64,000 bases of DNA from Lama glama (GCA_028534125.1 CM052817.1:16246001-16310000), one strand, 5' to 3'. Positions 1 through 13,760 are shown, numbered from the stretch's first letter. Translations and numbers: made by a program. The notes: generated by a model not told the origin, from the letters alone.

Positions 1-644
1 AACTCAAGGCAGACATCTGGGGTCTGAAAGAAATTTTTCCCTCCCATTAAATTGTTGCAGAATGAGTTGAATGCACTCAAAGAAGGATATCTTACTTTTC
101 TCTAAAGTATCTATTTCTATCCACAGGGATATCTCTGATTTCATAGCAATTCTTTTGTTTGTTTGTTTGTTACTGTTTCATGTTTTTTGCCCCATCAAAA
201 AGACAATTGCGAGTCATTCTGGACCCCGGTGTCTCTCACGTTATGTAAGACAAAGCATCCAGAAAACACGAACCCGAGGCAACTGGGACGACTAACACTG
301 GACGGTGACAGCACCAGGAGAAGGCAGCATTTAGGGCAACACCAGAGTGGGCTTCTTTTCATTTATTTGGTAAAACTTCAATTCTAAATAACGGATTTCC
401 TTAGAAAACATTTATTTGCTGTGAACGACTGCCACAACCTCTTTTTAACTTTCTTGAGGCGTTTTGTTTCCGGCAGGTTTAAGCAATGTTTTCTGAAATC
501 ATCCTCTATCTTCGACATCGTAAAAACGAAGGAAGAAAATGCTGCGTCTTTTTTTCACTCCAGAAGAAATAATAGAGCTTTCACAACAAATAAATACAAC
601 ACCATTACTAATATGCCTCACAGATTCTATTCTCCTAGACTTAC

Positions 645-691
645 GTTTCCTTAGTCAGGTCCAGCGGAAAGCAGACAACCTTCACATCCAT
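645..691 (-). CDS. Candidate short alternative first coding exon (MDVKVVCFPLDLTKE+2 nt); gene not identified
   Basis: Minus strand ATAATGG (strong Kozak), open to AAC|GTAAGT donor at 644-639, in a repeat-free, relatively CpG-retaining block; no protein recognised. Confidence 0.2.
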
Positions 692-2757
692 TATTAGTCA
701 TGATATATACACTCCTCTTTCTCCCTTTCTTTTCACCATATAGCAATGCATTTAGAAGGACCGTCACTCTTTTTGACATTTCTGATATATATTTTAGCAT
801 TAGGAGCTTGAAAATATTTTGCCAGGTAATGAACATCCTTTGAAGGCAATGGGCACTCATATAAAAACAGAGAGATGGGTTTTGATGCTTAAGCCAGTAA
901 ACAGGTGTCTCCCTTGCAAAAAGCTCAGAGAAGCTCCTGGGAATACATGTAAAGGCTTTCCATAAGCGTGTTTCTCCGCGTGTCCTGGAGGGATCATCCA
1001 GATTTACGGATGGCAGCCAAGAGAAACACACATAGACAACTACAGAAGCTAGGTAATAAACTTCGGGATACCTGTTTGTTATTTTGACAAAAACTGTGCT
1101 TGCACAAACAGTATCGTGGCCAGAAAATGACTCCCAGTCAGCCAGCCCTGGTAGTCCTCTGAAATTACAGCGCTTTTCCAGCAGTCCCCAGAAATCAGCC
1201 TCACAAGGCCACCAAGATATCCGGGCCCCCGTTTTCTCTCCCCTCATCCCAGCTGTACTAACAAAGAGCTGCCAAATGTAGGGCCCGACTCCTCTTTGTG
1301 CAAGCCTGAATTATCTAAGCAAGCTCCAAAGGAGAGGAAATTCACTTCTCTGCTAAGTCATCATGTAAAGCTTCCAAAATAGAGGTGCCCTTCGAATTAA
1401 ATTTGCTGGTGTCAATTCCCTCATCCTAAACGATACCGTGTAAGAAGGATCAAGTGATTACAATGAAGCAAAAAGAAACAGAGGTCACCCAACACCTGTC
1501 TTTTAACAGCTAGGTAGATTCCAGGACTCAGAATGCCTGGGAAAATAAAATACATGTGACACAACCATCCAACCCAAAGGCCTTCGAACTTCTGTCCCAT
1601 TAAAATGCACAATCCTATGATGATGAAGCTGGCAGCCCCTCAACAGTTTGACTCATTTCCCTGCTAAATATAACTGAAGACAGGTTTTCCACTAGTCGGT
1701 ACTGTATTATTTTCTCCCAAGTGGGAATCAGAAACTAATGTCAATAGATAAAGAAATGAAGGCAAAAAGGACAACACAAGGCTATCTCTGACTTTTATTT
1801 ATTCACAGCCATCTCCTGCCGTAACCACTATTCCAGAACCCAGAGAGGCACCAATAGAGATGTTCATGGATGGATAGGGAAATATTTGTCAGAAGCTTGT
1901 ACAATGCAAAAATCACCCTCTATCTGCTACATGCAACTTGACTGAAATGACTTAGTCGTAATGTATGATGATGGACATTGTTCTGTATTGTTTAGCTCTG
2001 CAAAGGCCACTGCCAAAGAGACCAGCATTTCAACTGACTGCTATTTCTCTCCCATTCAAATGAGAAGAGACTTAAGAACAGACAACACTCAGCAGGATGC
2101 CTATTAGAATTCTTTGTAAGGACGACGCTTACAAGGAGCAACTCTGGACTTGTCCGTAAAAGAAAGAGCAATGAAGTGCTCAAATCAAAAATCTCCCTGG
2201 CTGCATGGGATTGTTTTTCCTTCTAAAATAGATCGTGGATTAATAGAGAACGCTGACCTAATAGAAGCATCAACCATTTTTAGAACATAGCTGCCCCAAG
2301 AAACCTTGCAAGGAATTATTCCAACTACAATGCTGGAGAATTCGTTACCCACAGGGTTAAAATTAGCTCAAATCCATTTGCTCTCATGCAGAATTTCCTG
2401 ATTACAGCCTCTGCTTATTTTGTCCACATATCACATCTGAAAATGGTTCTTTAAATTGGTGACTTTCAAGCTAGCTTCACTGGTGATCGGGGTATAAAAT
2501 TATTTTCTCCCTTCAGATGAAGTGTATTTGAAAAAAAAATATTTGGTGAGAAATGCATTTTGAAAACGAAGCTTGAATTGTAGCTTCACTACAATGGAGA
2601 AGCAGAAAATAATCACACTGTAGCTTTCCTCTTGACAACCCTGATGGCTCATCTGGTAACACTTCAGACACTTTATTCCCAGCTGACTTGTTCTTATATG
2701 TCATTTTTAACTTCAATTTTTTTGGAGGGAGAAAAGGATCTCTTGAATGCATGTGTA

Positions 2758-2759
<2 letters not shown>

Positions 2760-2788
<29 letters not shown>
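2760..2788. repeat. (TG)n microsatellite
   Basis: About 14 perfect TG units. Confidence 0.95.
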
Positions 2789-2793
<5 letters not shown>

Positions 2794-2831
2794 AGGGTAA
2801 TATTAAACTGGTGTGTACCTGCTTCAGAGAG

Positions 2832-3046
2832 CAGTGTACTGGAGCTGCCTTATGTTGGCTTTTGCAAGAGCTGATTGTTAAATTTGCAGGAATTTTGCAA
2901 GCCCGTTGACATCATATTGGTGGCTTGAAACTGACTGTGGTGGGAGTATTTACAACATAGAAATCGACATGCACTATGAGTCAGGGCTTAGTTTTGGAGC
3001 CTTTTTGGGGAGAGTCGCTTGTTAAACACGTACCAGCCCACCTCTG
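2832..3046 (+). mobile_element. MER63-like hAT DNA transposon fossil
   Basis: cagtg-tactggagc start, gattgttaaatttgcaggaattttgcaagcc core, gttaaacacgtaccagcccacctctg end resemble the recalled MER63 consensus. Confidence 0.7.
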
Positions 3047-4829
3047 ACCACTGCTGTACCAGTTGTGTACACAGACATCCATCCTGGTTGGTTGCAGCAT
3101 CCACTTTGACTGGTCATACGCAACATGTTCAATATCCCCCCTCACATATGTGTAACCAAATACTATAGTTGCAATTTCTACTTTTTCCTTTGGATGTAAT
3201 CATTGAAAAGTAACAAATACTATGACAGCTTCCATTATCAGAAATATATCAATATGTGTTTATATATATGCATATACACATGCACACACACATTGAGTAT
3301 GAGGTTGGACCTCAGGTACTCTGCTGGATAGATTCTGGACAGCTCAACTACTGGTAGATCCCAAACAGATCATTTGGGAAGGAAGAAACCATGCTGGGCC
3401 TTAGAGAAAAACAAAATGAGTCAATTCTCACTGCTGCCTTTGGCCAGCCCAACCCCTGAAGTCATGCAGCCTGGGGGAGATCTAGAGAAGGGGCTGTGGG
3501 AGGCGGCCACTCATCTGCTCAAGCACATCGAAAGATAAATGATGGGAGGTTACTGACAGCACTGAAGGCTGCCCCCCTCCCCACAAGATGGAAATTAGCA
3601 GGCCCCCAAATCACAGCATTAAAACAAAGATCTGCCAACATGTGATTTTAGTAAACAGAGTAATTTGGGCTTCTGGAGAGCATGAAAATTCTGTCAGGAT
3701 TATAATGTCTTCTACCACAGACCTTAATTTCTTCTGTCATGGAGAATATGATTAGGTTCAGTCCCATTTGATTGTAGGGAATGTCAGTTCCCATTAACAA
3801 AAGAAAGAAGGCACGAGAGGAAATATGTTCCACATTTTTAACCCCTCTGGACCAGGAGGAGTTTTTTCAGTCCAAACTTCACATTAGCAATATTTAAAGC
3901 TTTTAAATCCTATCTAACAGAGTTACAGTAATTTACCCACTGAAATCACTTCCTTTCCCAAGGGAGGCTATCTTTGCTTCAATGTTGGCACCAAAAAAAG
4001 TGAACATCATGTGTATGTGTTTTGTTTTGTTTTATTTTGTAATTTAAGGGGTTTTCCCCCATACCACCCATCCCAATCTATGAGAAATCCTGCCCCTTGC
4101 ATGAATGGACCTTGTTTTAAATGATCTGATTCTTTGAGGGCAGTGAGGAAAAGCAATGTCCTTTTGGCTACATGCGTTGCTTGGACATTTGGTCCATGAA
4201 ATGGTTAGCGCAGGTGGTTTTCACAGGCGCGGAGAAATTACAGTCCCAGACCCAAACCTGTATCTGTAAACACCACCGCCTCGGCTGGACCACTTCAATT
4301 CCACTGGACCCTCAGCAGTTCAAACAGGGCACCTGGGTCAGCCTACGAGCTTAGCAGGCACCGCTGACCCTGGCTGCCCAGCAAACAGTTTATGTTGGGG
4401 AGCAATCTAGAGATTTCCTAAGATAAGGATGCTATTACAGGCTGACAAACGTGGAAAGGAGCAGAGTGGGCAGCTTTTGTCCAGACTGACCCAGGGTGAG
4501 CATGCTGGGATTATTGCTGATTGGGGATAAATGGCAACCGGCGATTTATTTGTTCAAGTGAAACCAGCCAAGTTCATCCCTCAACACCATCTCCCATCTC
4601 TTTAAGATTTTTTTTTCCCTTCTTCTTCAGGCAAAAAAACTTTGCAATTCTGGGAACTCTTCAAATACCATCATTCCAGTGAACCCCATTACCCTTAGGA
4701 TAAAATCTGCAGTCCTTAACTAGCCTTTGATGCCCTGCCCGATGGGGTCCAACCGGCCAGGCCAGCTCCAGCTCCTGCCACTGGCCCCGCAACCCACTGC
4801 GTCACCACAAGGGCCACCACTCAGGTTTC

Positions 4830-5130
4830 TGAGTGCCCCAGGCTCCATTCCACTTTCAGCCTTTGCTTGTCCTGGGTCCTCCTCCCGGGGCTCTTCACCT
4901 AGCAACTCCTCCTGTTTCAGGTTGAATGTCATCAGCAGAGGCTTGGCTAGGTGCCTCATTATGATCTCCTGGGGCCCTCAGCACAAACACAAATAATTAA
5001 TTATTGGTGAGTATTTATTTAAAATTTTGCTCCCCCATGGGCAAAGACTGGGTCCTCTTCACCTAGCACTCAGTGCAACACGGAACATTTGAAAGCTCGC
5101 CAAGATCAAATGAATGAATGAATGAATGAA
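4830..5130 (+). mobile_element. L2 3' fragment
   Basis: Degenerate L2 3' region ending in (TGAA)n tail at 5111-5130. Confidence 0.55.
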
Positions 5131-5344
5131 GTAGATGCACAAGAGACATTCATCACCTATGAGAGCAACTAACTTAAGACAAAAATTCAAAATTTTTAAA
5201 AATCTTCATTGCAAGTGTGCAGAAACGAAGGAGTGAGTTTTCCCTCCTACTCTCCTCTCCTACCATCCCAACACAAGGATTTCAGATGACCCTGCCATTC
5301 CATCAGGGTTGTCCTATCCATTTCCTGCTGGCTTTCAAGGCCCT

Positions 5345-6120
5345 CCCTTATCACCATCACCATGACAGTTAACATTACTGAATGTGTTCTGTGTTCCCTG
5401 CACAGTGCTACATGCTCTCTACTAACCTGTTCACGGCTCACCACCTTCCATAAAATAGTGTGGCAGAATGAAAATGGCTACAGATGGCTACAAATTCTTC
5501 GACATTTCTCCCCTTGAGACGTGGGCTCTTTGTCCCCTTATATGTGAGCTGGCATGTGATTGTTCTGACCAACAGAGTGCGCCAGGAATGACACCATGCA
5601 TATTTCCATTTTCTATTTCGGAACATGTGTTCTGGGGGAAGTTAGCTGAGCTCCCTGAGAATTGTCATGCAAGAAGGAAACCCAAGCTGGTCATAGGAAG
5701 AGGTCCCGGGGGGGGGGGAACACCCAGCCAGCCATCTGCTGCTGCACCTACCCCAGCCCGGGTGCCAGACACGCAAATGAAGACGCCACCTTGCCTACTC
5801 AACTCAGCAGAGCCTTCACTTGACTCCTGCCCCAGCCTGTGTCTAACTAACTGCATGAGGATCCCCACGCCAGACCACTCAACAGATCCCAGCGAACCCA
5901 CAAAACTGTGAGAGGGAACAATAAATTGACATTTTAAGCCACCAAGTTTAGGGGAAGATTGCTATGCAGTAGAGAACCAGAACACAGAGACACTATTATG
6001 ACGCTTACTTTACAAACGAGGAGACCAACAACACATAAAGCCCCCAACTGCACAGTGGAGCTGGCAGTTCACGCCAAGCAACCTGGCTTCAGATCACAGG
6101 CGCTCATCTTCCATGAGGCC
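5345..6120 (-). mobile_element. MIR split by an MLT1 LTR (arms ~5345-5455 and ~5985-6120)
   Basis: Left arm gttaacattactgaatg...cacagtgcta; right arm cttactttacaaacgaggagacc...ctggcttcaga. Confidence 0.5.
5459..5984 (+). mobile_element. MLT1 (F/G/H-type) ERVL-MaLR solo LTR
   Basis: tgtggcag start; aataaa...ttttaagccaccaagtttagggg...gctatgcagtagagaaccagaaca end typical of MLT1. Confidence 0.8.
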
Positions 6121-6289
6121 ACCTCACTCCACGGCAGGCCACCTTCTCCACTTGACTCCTGGCACAGTCTCTCCAGTTGCTGCCCCTCCAGAAGGGTCCC
6201 CTTCTCTTTTCTCCTGTCCACCTGTCCTTCTGTCATGATCCCCTCTCTGAACCCTCCACCGATGTTCACTTTCTCCAAATTCCTTAGTG

Positions 6290-6855
6290 CATCTTAAACG
6301 TACATTTAAAGACAGCCATGTAGCCTCATCTTTGATTGCTCTGGTATCACTGCTCATGCTGCGTACTCTTCTTGAAGGTAGAGACCAAATCTTTTATTTT
6401 GTTTTTGCCCACTTCTCAATAGAACCTCACCCAGCCTCACACTGCCCAGCACAATGTCCATTCAATAGGACACTCTTCAGCCATGCTGCCCAAGCCTGTT
6501 CCCTTCTTGGAGCCTCTACGTTTATGGTGCTCTTCCCTGCAATGTCCGTTCTTAGTTTTCAGACTGAGTGGCCCCTTCACAGCATCCGCATCTCAGCTCC
6601 TATCTTCCCTCCTCTAAGAGGCCTCCCCTGACACCCCGACCCTAACAAGCCACTCTTCCCCATGCCTAGACAGTCACATGCCATCTCCTAGCCCTGCAGT
6701 GCATAATTTACTTACTCCTTTTCTTATCTGGAAAACAAGCTCCATAAGGACCGTGAACTTGCCCATCTTGCTCACTGCTGTAGTCCCAACCCCAGGACAG
6801 TTTCTAGCCTGTAGCAGCGTCTCAAAGATACTTGCTGAATAAATGAATGAATACT
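6290..6855 (+). mobile_element. L2 3' end fragments
   Basis: aagctccataaggaccgtgaacttg...ttgctcactgctgtagtccc...tacttgctgaataaatgaatgaat. Confidence 0.75.
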
Positions 6856-7539
6856 TGTTTCTTGAATCTTCATGTCTCAGGAAGTTCCACCACGAAGCAG
6901 GCTTCCTAATGTATATAAAGTACTTTCCCCCAACATGTCAGTTACATCTCTACTATACTGTACATCTTTCCAAACCGCCACTGACTACCTCATATAACTG
7001 AGGCTCTCTGTGGATCAGTGGCTCTTAAGCTGGTCCTCAGAGGTGCCTCTAGGATGATCCCAAGGAGAGAAGGAGGCTGAGAAGGTCTACTTCACAGGAC
7101 TTCCTGCATTAATAAAGGCCACATACATGGAGATGATGAAATGACAATATTAATCCAATGGAGGCTGGCTGTGCTTATGACTGTAAACACAGATTCAACC
7201 CAGTATCTGATGCAGAGCAAACTCTCAATAAACATTTGCTGAATGAATGAATGAATGAAACGTCTTTGCCTTGCGTTTTATCACTTACCACTTATTTCAA
7301 TATGCACAAGAACCCAGAGTGCACCTCTTATTGTGTGTGTGTGAAACTCAACAAAGAACCGTAGCTGAAGAGTTGTAAAATCATTTACACTAATCGGTAC
7401 AAGGCAAAACTGGAATATAAACGAACATCTGTGCTCCCCAAAATACATAATGTACAAGTGGTGAAATCTATAGAGGAAGGGCCATAGCCTGGGGGGTTAA
7501 TGGATGTGACCCTCTGTTAATTAATTTTCTCAAGTGTAA

Positions 7540-7625
7540 AGTTCAGAAATTAGCCTAGTGTCACTGAGCCTCAGTTTCCTCATCTGTGCACTGAAGACAA
7601 TCTCTTGCCTTTCTACCATCTGAAA
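7540..7625 (+). mobile_element. MIR core fragment
   Basis: ctgagcctcagtttcctcatctgt MIR core. Confidence 0.65.
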
Positions 7626-8106
7626 TATTCATAATGAGTCTAAAATAAAATAATGGTAAGAAAATACTTTCAGAGTTAAAAATATGATAGGGATATGAAC
7701 CAATGACATTTTCTATTTTCCCATCTTTCTGACATTTCAAAAACTCCAAATACGTTTGAAATATTAAAAATCAATGTAATGTATTATTTACCATCTCTAA
7801 GTTTCACGATCCATTCACAAATCACTATTCCATGTTTGTTCCAAATATTCAGTCTGTAAAATTTTTCCTAATCCTTTTATAATTCTTTACAAATATTTTG
7901 ATTCCATTCTCCCCATTTTTCTGCCAAGGATCCTGTGATATAAAGAGCTTCTCAATCTTACCAGAGGCAGAGGATAAGGGAGGGCAGCAAAGCAAAAATC
8001 AAAACTCTTGAGCACCTGGTCTGCGGACTGCACTGTAGAGTCAAAAGCCGCTGGGCCTATGAAATAGTTACCAGGAGAGAAGTCAGTGCAAAAGAAACTG
8101 TTGGCC

Positions 8107-8280
8107 TAGTGGTTCTCAATGAGGGGGAGGAAGAGGGCAGAATCAGAATCACCTGGAGGACTTGTAAAAGCACAGATTGCTGCATTTCACCCCAGAGTCT
8201 CTGATTCAGGAGGTCTGGGACACATTGGTAGGATTTTGCACCACTAACAAGTTCCCTGGTGATGCTGCTGCTCCTGGTAT
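8107..8280. mobile_element. MER5A hAT-Charlie element
   Basis: agtggttctcaa...atcagaatcacctggagga...ccccagagtctctgattcag...ctaacaagttccctggtgatgctg. Confidence 0.8.
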
Positions 8281-9249
8281 AAAGTTAGCGTGATTATGCC
8301 CATTTTTTGTATTAGGACACTGAGGCCCCAAGTATAAGCTTGGCTCTCATTCCAGCTTGTTGATGAACCAAATCAGCATAGCCTTCAGAAGGTCAAATAA
8401 CCTCTCTGTGGCCCATTTTCTTCAATTACTGAAAAAAACACTGCCAGAGACCTTGTGAGGGTTAAAAGACATGATGCCCAAGAAATGTTTAGCACAGTCA
8501 AAAGCAGGTACGTTCCCCATAATGCCTCTAGCCCAGGACTCGACAGCCTGGAGAACAACTAAGGTAGAATTCCAGGAATCTCAGCAAATGCTCTGATTTT
8601 TGTCCTTTTTCTATTTACATGGGAAATTTTTAACCATAAGCTTAGCAAAGCACTCCACCATCCAAGCATTACCATCCACAAGGTTTGGGTTTTGTTTTTT
8701 TTTTTAATTACTGAGTTTGTTTTTCCAAGACATTTCCTTATGTACTATAATGGGTATTGGGGTGGGGGTGTGTACGGGGGTGCGTTATTAACAAATCAAA
8801 CACTTCCCTTCCTGGAACACTCATTAACTGAACGACAACATTCCCCATGTCGTGATACACAGTCATGTTGAAGAACAGGGCGACCATATCCTCCTTTGGG
8901 GTAAGGTTTTTTGATTTGGCTTTCAGAGGATTCAAGGTATTTGATTTCTATATTTAGAAACCCAGGGCTTTTTGGTATGCTACAAATCACGCCAAGGCAA
9001 GACTAATTGTAAGCACTTGTACTTAAAAATTAGTTTCAAGAAACCTTCAGAGGTTTCCATATTGTATTCCACAAGAGTATCATTAAAGGAAGCAATTACT
9101 TATCAGGATATACTCCAAACAACTTTATTGCGTTCGGAGGAAATAATGGGAGTTGTCTGTCTAAATTACTAGGCAGGGGCCCTGGAAATCACTTAGCATA
9201 ATTCCTGGCATAAGGAAAGCCATCAATAAACGGAAGAGGGAGTCACATA

Positions 9250-9465
9250 AATGACCGCCTAGTGTCAGGTGTTGGCACATAATTATGTCACTTAGTCTCC
9301 ATAATAACCCTGGAATTAGGTGTGATTATCCTCATTCATAGATGAGGAAACTGAGACTCCTAGAAGTCAAGTGATTTTACCAGGTCCTTAGGTAAGTGGC
9401 TGAGCTAAGAAGAGTCCAGCCTACAGGTACGTGATGCCAAAAGCAATTTTCTTTCCACTGCACTC
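9250..9465 (-). mobile_element. MIR
   Basis: attatcctcattcatagatgaggaaactgagact...aagtgatt reverse MIR core. Confidence 0.8.
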
Positions 9466-10454
9466 AGCCCTTTCCTTCCTTGCTCCTTCTTGCCTTTTTG
9501 TGTCCCGTCCTCTCTCAAGTTCCTCTCACCGATACTAGAAGCCTTTGTAAAGGCCAGCCAGTGACAAATGTTCGCAAGGCATTCCCATTTCATGGATTGG
9601 TTCAAAGTAGGAAAAAGTGATCCCTCAAAGCAATGCCTGGAAGGTCTCAGAATAAAATATAGATGGTATTTCTGAATCCTATCCCTCAGCGCTCAGCCAT
9701 AAGCACTAGGGTAACTTTCAGAGGATCCTTTATTTAGGAAAACAAAGTGTTTGTGTGTAGACAACAGTCACAAGACAGTCCATCACCCAGGGCTGAGATT
9801 CCCGGCTCAGTACGAACCAGCTGCTCAAGGTGACAGAGATACATGGGAGGAAAAATTGGTCTTGTTTCCAATTTGAATTACAAATGCTTCCTGAAGTCAG
9901 GTGGATATGCCCATATATTTATTGCCTAATGATACCACTGCTAAATAAAAATAAGTAAATAAATAAAAGCAAAACATCTATCAATTACTATCTTATCAGA
10001 ATACAGTGGAGGCCTGGAACAATGAAAGGGACTAAATGCGGGCTTTCTCTAAAGTCCCCGCAAACCACCAGTTGTCTTTCTCTTCGACTTCTTCCTATTT
10101 TTGCTGTTCCTCTACCACCATCCCTCATTCCCCCTAATATTGGCTTCTTTCCACATCCTTCTCTCAATCTGTCTTTTCGGCCCTTTCCTTGGGGATTCTT
10201 TTGTTCTCATCTCCTGAGCACATTTTCCCTGGTATTTTGCGTCCTGTTCCAAGAGATGAGATCCGAGGGGCAGCGTTTCCCCTCCCTGTCAGCAGGAGTT
10301 TTGTGTCACTGTGTCACTTTGGGCACATTGACCTGTCGGCTCCTGGGAGGGGTTGGGGATGGTGGTGGGGCACCTCAAGCTAGCATCCTTCCTCCTGAAA
10401 TGCACACTGAAAATTGGGCCCAGTGCCTCTCTTTAAATGGATTATGAAAACTAA

Positions 10455-11020
10455 ATTTTTAGAGGTTTTGTCTTTCTGATGATAAAATTAATAAATATTT
10501 ATTGTAAGGACAGAAAAATATGGAGAAAGTAATCACCTAGTATTGTTACAGTAATAATTAGGGCTAGGGTTAAGGTTAGGGGTAGGGTTATGGAAGCAAT
10601 TATTGTTAAACATGCATATATTTTACTTCTATATTTTAATACATATAAACTTCCATGTATCACTCATTTCACTTACATACATCTGTTGTCCATGCTATTA
10701 CAATTCTCGTCAACATCATTTTTAATGGCTACATCTTATTCCAATATATGTGTATACCAAAATATACTGAATCATCCTCCTTTGATGGTTAAATAACTTA
10801 ATCATCAAAGAAAACTTAAATAGTTGGCTTTTATTTTCCAATTTTCTGCTGTTACAAATAATGCTTCCCTGAACAACTTGATGCAAAAAGTTCTGTCTGA
10901 ACTTTTCAATTATTACCTTAGGAAATAATTTCAAAAGTAAAATTGTTGGATCAAAGGTGATGAGCATTTTTAAGGTTCTTTATATCGTTTAATTGCATTC
11001 CCAAAAGTTTCTGCACTCTC
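10455..11020 (-). mobile_element. Old L1 (L1ME-like) 3' end
   Basis: ttttaatggctacat...ttccaattttctgctgttacaaataatgct...attgttggatcaaagg antisense L1M 3' signature. Confidence 0.75.
10558..10593 (+). repeat. Degenerate (TTAGGG)6 telomere-like array
   Basis: TTAGGG CTAGGG TTAAGG TTAGGG GTAGGG TTATGG in exact hexamer register. Confidence 0.75.
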
Positions 11021-11199
11021 CAAATCCCTTTTTATAAATTCTATAAAGAAGTTTTACAAAGAAAATAATCACTTCCTGATTTGTCACTTGGGAAAAGGCC
11101 AAAAAAATTAAAGTCCAACTCTACTGTGTCACCCCACGCCACCGACAGAGAATCAACAGCTTCTGCCCTCTAGGTTTTTGCAAGACAAGTGAGATAAAG

Positions 11200-11490
11200 C
11201 CATTCGCTTATTCATTCATCCAAACAACAGTTGAACAGTAGCTGAGCAGTTATTCACCAGACCCTGTGACAGGTACTGAGAGCGTAAAGCTGGGTAGAAC
11301 TTCATCTCTAACCTGTAGGAACGGTGGTGTTGTGGGACAGACAGATATGTAGATAAATGACAGCATCACAAGACAAGGGCTCCACAGAGGTAGGTCCGGG
11401 TGCCCCAGGTGCTCCCCAAGGGCATCTGTAGAGGGTGGGGGAGGGGGAGTCAGAAAGACCTCCCAGTGCGCACGACACCTGCTCATTCCC
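11200..11490 (-). mobile_element. L2 3' end
   Basis: cattcgcttattcattcatccaaac tail followed by antisense L2 body. Confidence 0.55.
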
Positions 11491-11509
11491 CCGACAATGT
11501 AACAGTTAC

Positions 11510-11700
11510 TCTTTCTGAGCACTCACTCTGTCCTTACAAGCACTGCCTCACTTATCCTCAGATCACCTCTACTCAGAAGGTATTACTGTTCTTTCACAGA
11601 TGAGAAAACTGAGGTTTAGAGAAATAAATTACCTGTCCAAGATCACAAAGCTAAGAAAGCATGATGCCAAATGTAGCCCCAGCTGTAACTTCAAAGCTCT
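11510..11700 (-). mobile_element. MIR
   Basis: tttcacagatgagaaaactgaggtttagaga...acctgtccaagatcaca. Confidence 0.75.
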
Positions 11701-12793
11701 TCATCTAGCTGGTCCAAGGCTCACTACAAAGTCTCCATCAGCCCAAATATAGCCCCTGGGATGTGAGCTCTGACTCATGGTTCCATCCGTAATGACAGAT
11801 CGAGGTTCCTTCCCCTCCAACCTGCCTTCTCCCGGGCCACCTCCCTTGCTTTATTCTGACTTCTCTCCTTAGCTCTCCCATCACGGGGTAGGACTTTCCT
11901 ATTCTTTTGATCTCGGTGCACCTGACATGCCTCTTTGCCCAGTCTGGCCATTAGGGTATAAATTTGTTCTAACTGCCAGAAAATTGACAGAATGAGGAAA
12001 GGATCCATGGTGACTCTCTGGGCCCCAGCTTCTCTGTCTCTAAAGCAAGGAGATCAGAAATGATGATGTGTGAGCCCCTTTGCCAGTCTCACGGTGTAAA
12101 ATCCCACGAGCCACTGAACCACACCACCGGCATTTAGAGCCGCTATTAGAATGCAAAAGCGAGAGTTAGGTTCAAATTGAAAAAGCAGACACTTGTGGCC
12201 TCTTCCAATGAAGAAGAAAGGAAAGGAAGTATTTTAATGATGTTTTTTAATCATCTCCTCGGAGCACACAATGAGAATGTATTTGCTGGAGAATGAAAAA
12301 GAACACAACATCAATTTAGTGCACAAAACTACTCTCAAACCTAAGGGCTCGTCTCACATTTTTCATTAATTCCAGGCTGATAACTTTCAGCATTAGGCCC
12401 CAGTGCTTCATCCAACTCAAGCTTCCTAGAAATACACAAGCAAATCAGAATTTCTTTAGGTTTGCCAAGAAGTCTTTCGAAGATGGGATACCAACTCTGG
12501 CTGAAAGTCATTCATTGCTGTCCCAACTTCACTGTCAACTAAACATTCACCATTAGAAAATTCCATTCATCAACGCTCTTAGTTTTCTCACGAAATTATA
12601 GACTGAATCTTCATCTCCCTAAATGATAGCAATGAAAATCGGTCTCAAACATAGCTTGTCAACAAAAGTACAAAGCTTAAAAAAAAAAAAAAGCCCATAG
12701 CTTAATTCCAAAGATACCACTGGGATCTTATCTTCCCTTCCACAAGAACTTTCAATGCCTCCCACTGTTTACAGAATTCAACCCAGTACTTTT

Positions 12794-13147
12794 AAATTTT
12801 TTCTTACTAGAGTAAAACATAGATTTATAACATAAAATTTACCATTTTAACCTGATTTAAGTGTGCAGTTCAGTGGCATTAATATACTGTTGTGCAGCCA
12901 TCACTACTATCCTGTCCCCACTAACAAAGACTTCCCCCTTCCCCTTCCTCTCAGCACCAGGGAACTTCTATTCTACTTTCTAAATCCATGCATTTGACTA
13001 TTCCAGTCCCTCCTACATCAGTGGAACCATCCAGTATTTGTCCTTCTGTGTCTGGCTTATTCCACTTAGCTTGCTATCTTCAAGGTTTATCCATGTTGTG
13101 CATGTATCAGAATGTCATCCTTTTTCAGGCTGAATAATATGCCATGT
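12794..13147 (-). mobile_element. L1MB-like 3' end with TSD, inserted in an L2 remnant
   Basis: cataaaatttaccattttaacc...aagtgtgcagttcagtggcatta; flanks attcaacccagtactttt (12776-12793) and attcagtccagtactttt (13148-13165). Confidence 0.85.
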
Positions 13148-13644
13148 ATTCAGTCCAGTACTTTTTGCATGCCATTTGAAGTCCCCACATTTTGGCTTGA
13201 TTTTTTTTTTTTTTCCTTCTTCTTCTGACGTATTTCCCATGACATACCTCTGCGTGCTCTGGGGCAGAAAAGATTAGTTGGGAGTTCTTTGCCTCTACTC
13301 CAGGAATTTCAAGCCTCTTTCCCTTTGCTCACACTGGTTCCCCATCCCAGCACATCCTCCGCCCCTGCTTTTCTAATCTAAGTCCTGGTGGTTGCAAGAG
13401 CTTGATTCAATGCCTGCTCCACCACAGAGGTCCGCAGGAACACGGATCAAGAGAGATCTATTAAGCACCCACTAAGCTCAAGGACCCTTCAATTACAGTC
13501 AGACCAGCTGTAAAATGTGTGCTTTCATAACAGCAAATGGAACTTCAAGTGGTGCCTTCTCTAAAGCAAGACAGTGCAGAATACCTCCGGCAATCCTTTG
13601 GCAGTTCCTGTTTTTGTTAAGGTTAAAAAAGAAAAAAGATTTCC

Positions 13645-13760
13645 CTAACTTTTGGTGGTGAGTGTGCTGTAGTATATACAGAAATTGAAATAAAACGTTG
13701 TACACATGAAACTTACACAATGCTATAAAACCATGTTACCTCAATAAATTTTAAAAAATT
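13645..13760 (+). mobile_element. Short L1 3' terminal fragment
   Basis: cttttggtggtgag...tgtacacatgaaacttacacaatgctataaaaccatgttacctcaataaa plus A-rich tail. Confidence 0.7.

Noticed and set aside
651..1247. 198-aa minus-strand ORF, the longest ORF outside gaps
   Set aside because: No recognisable domain and random-looking composition; an ORF of this length is plausible by chance in 64 kb
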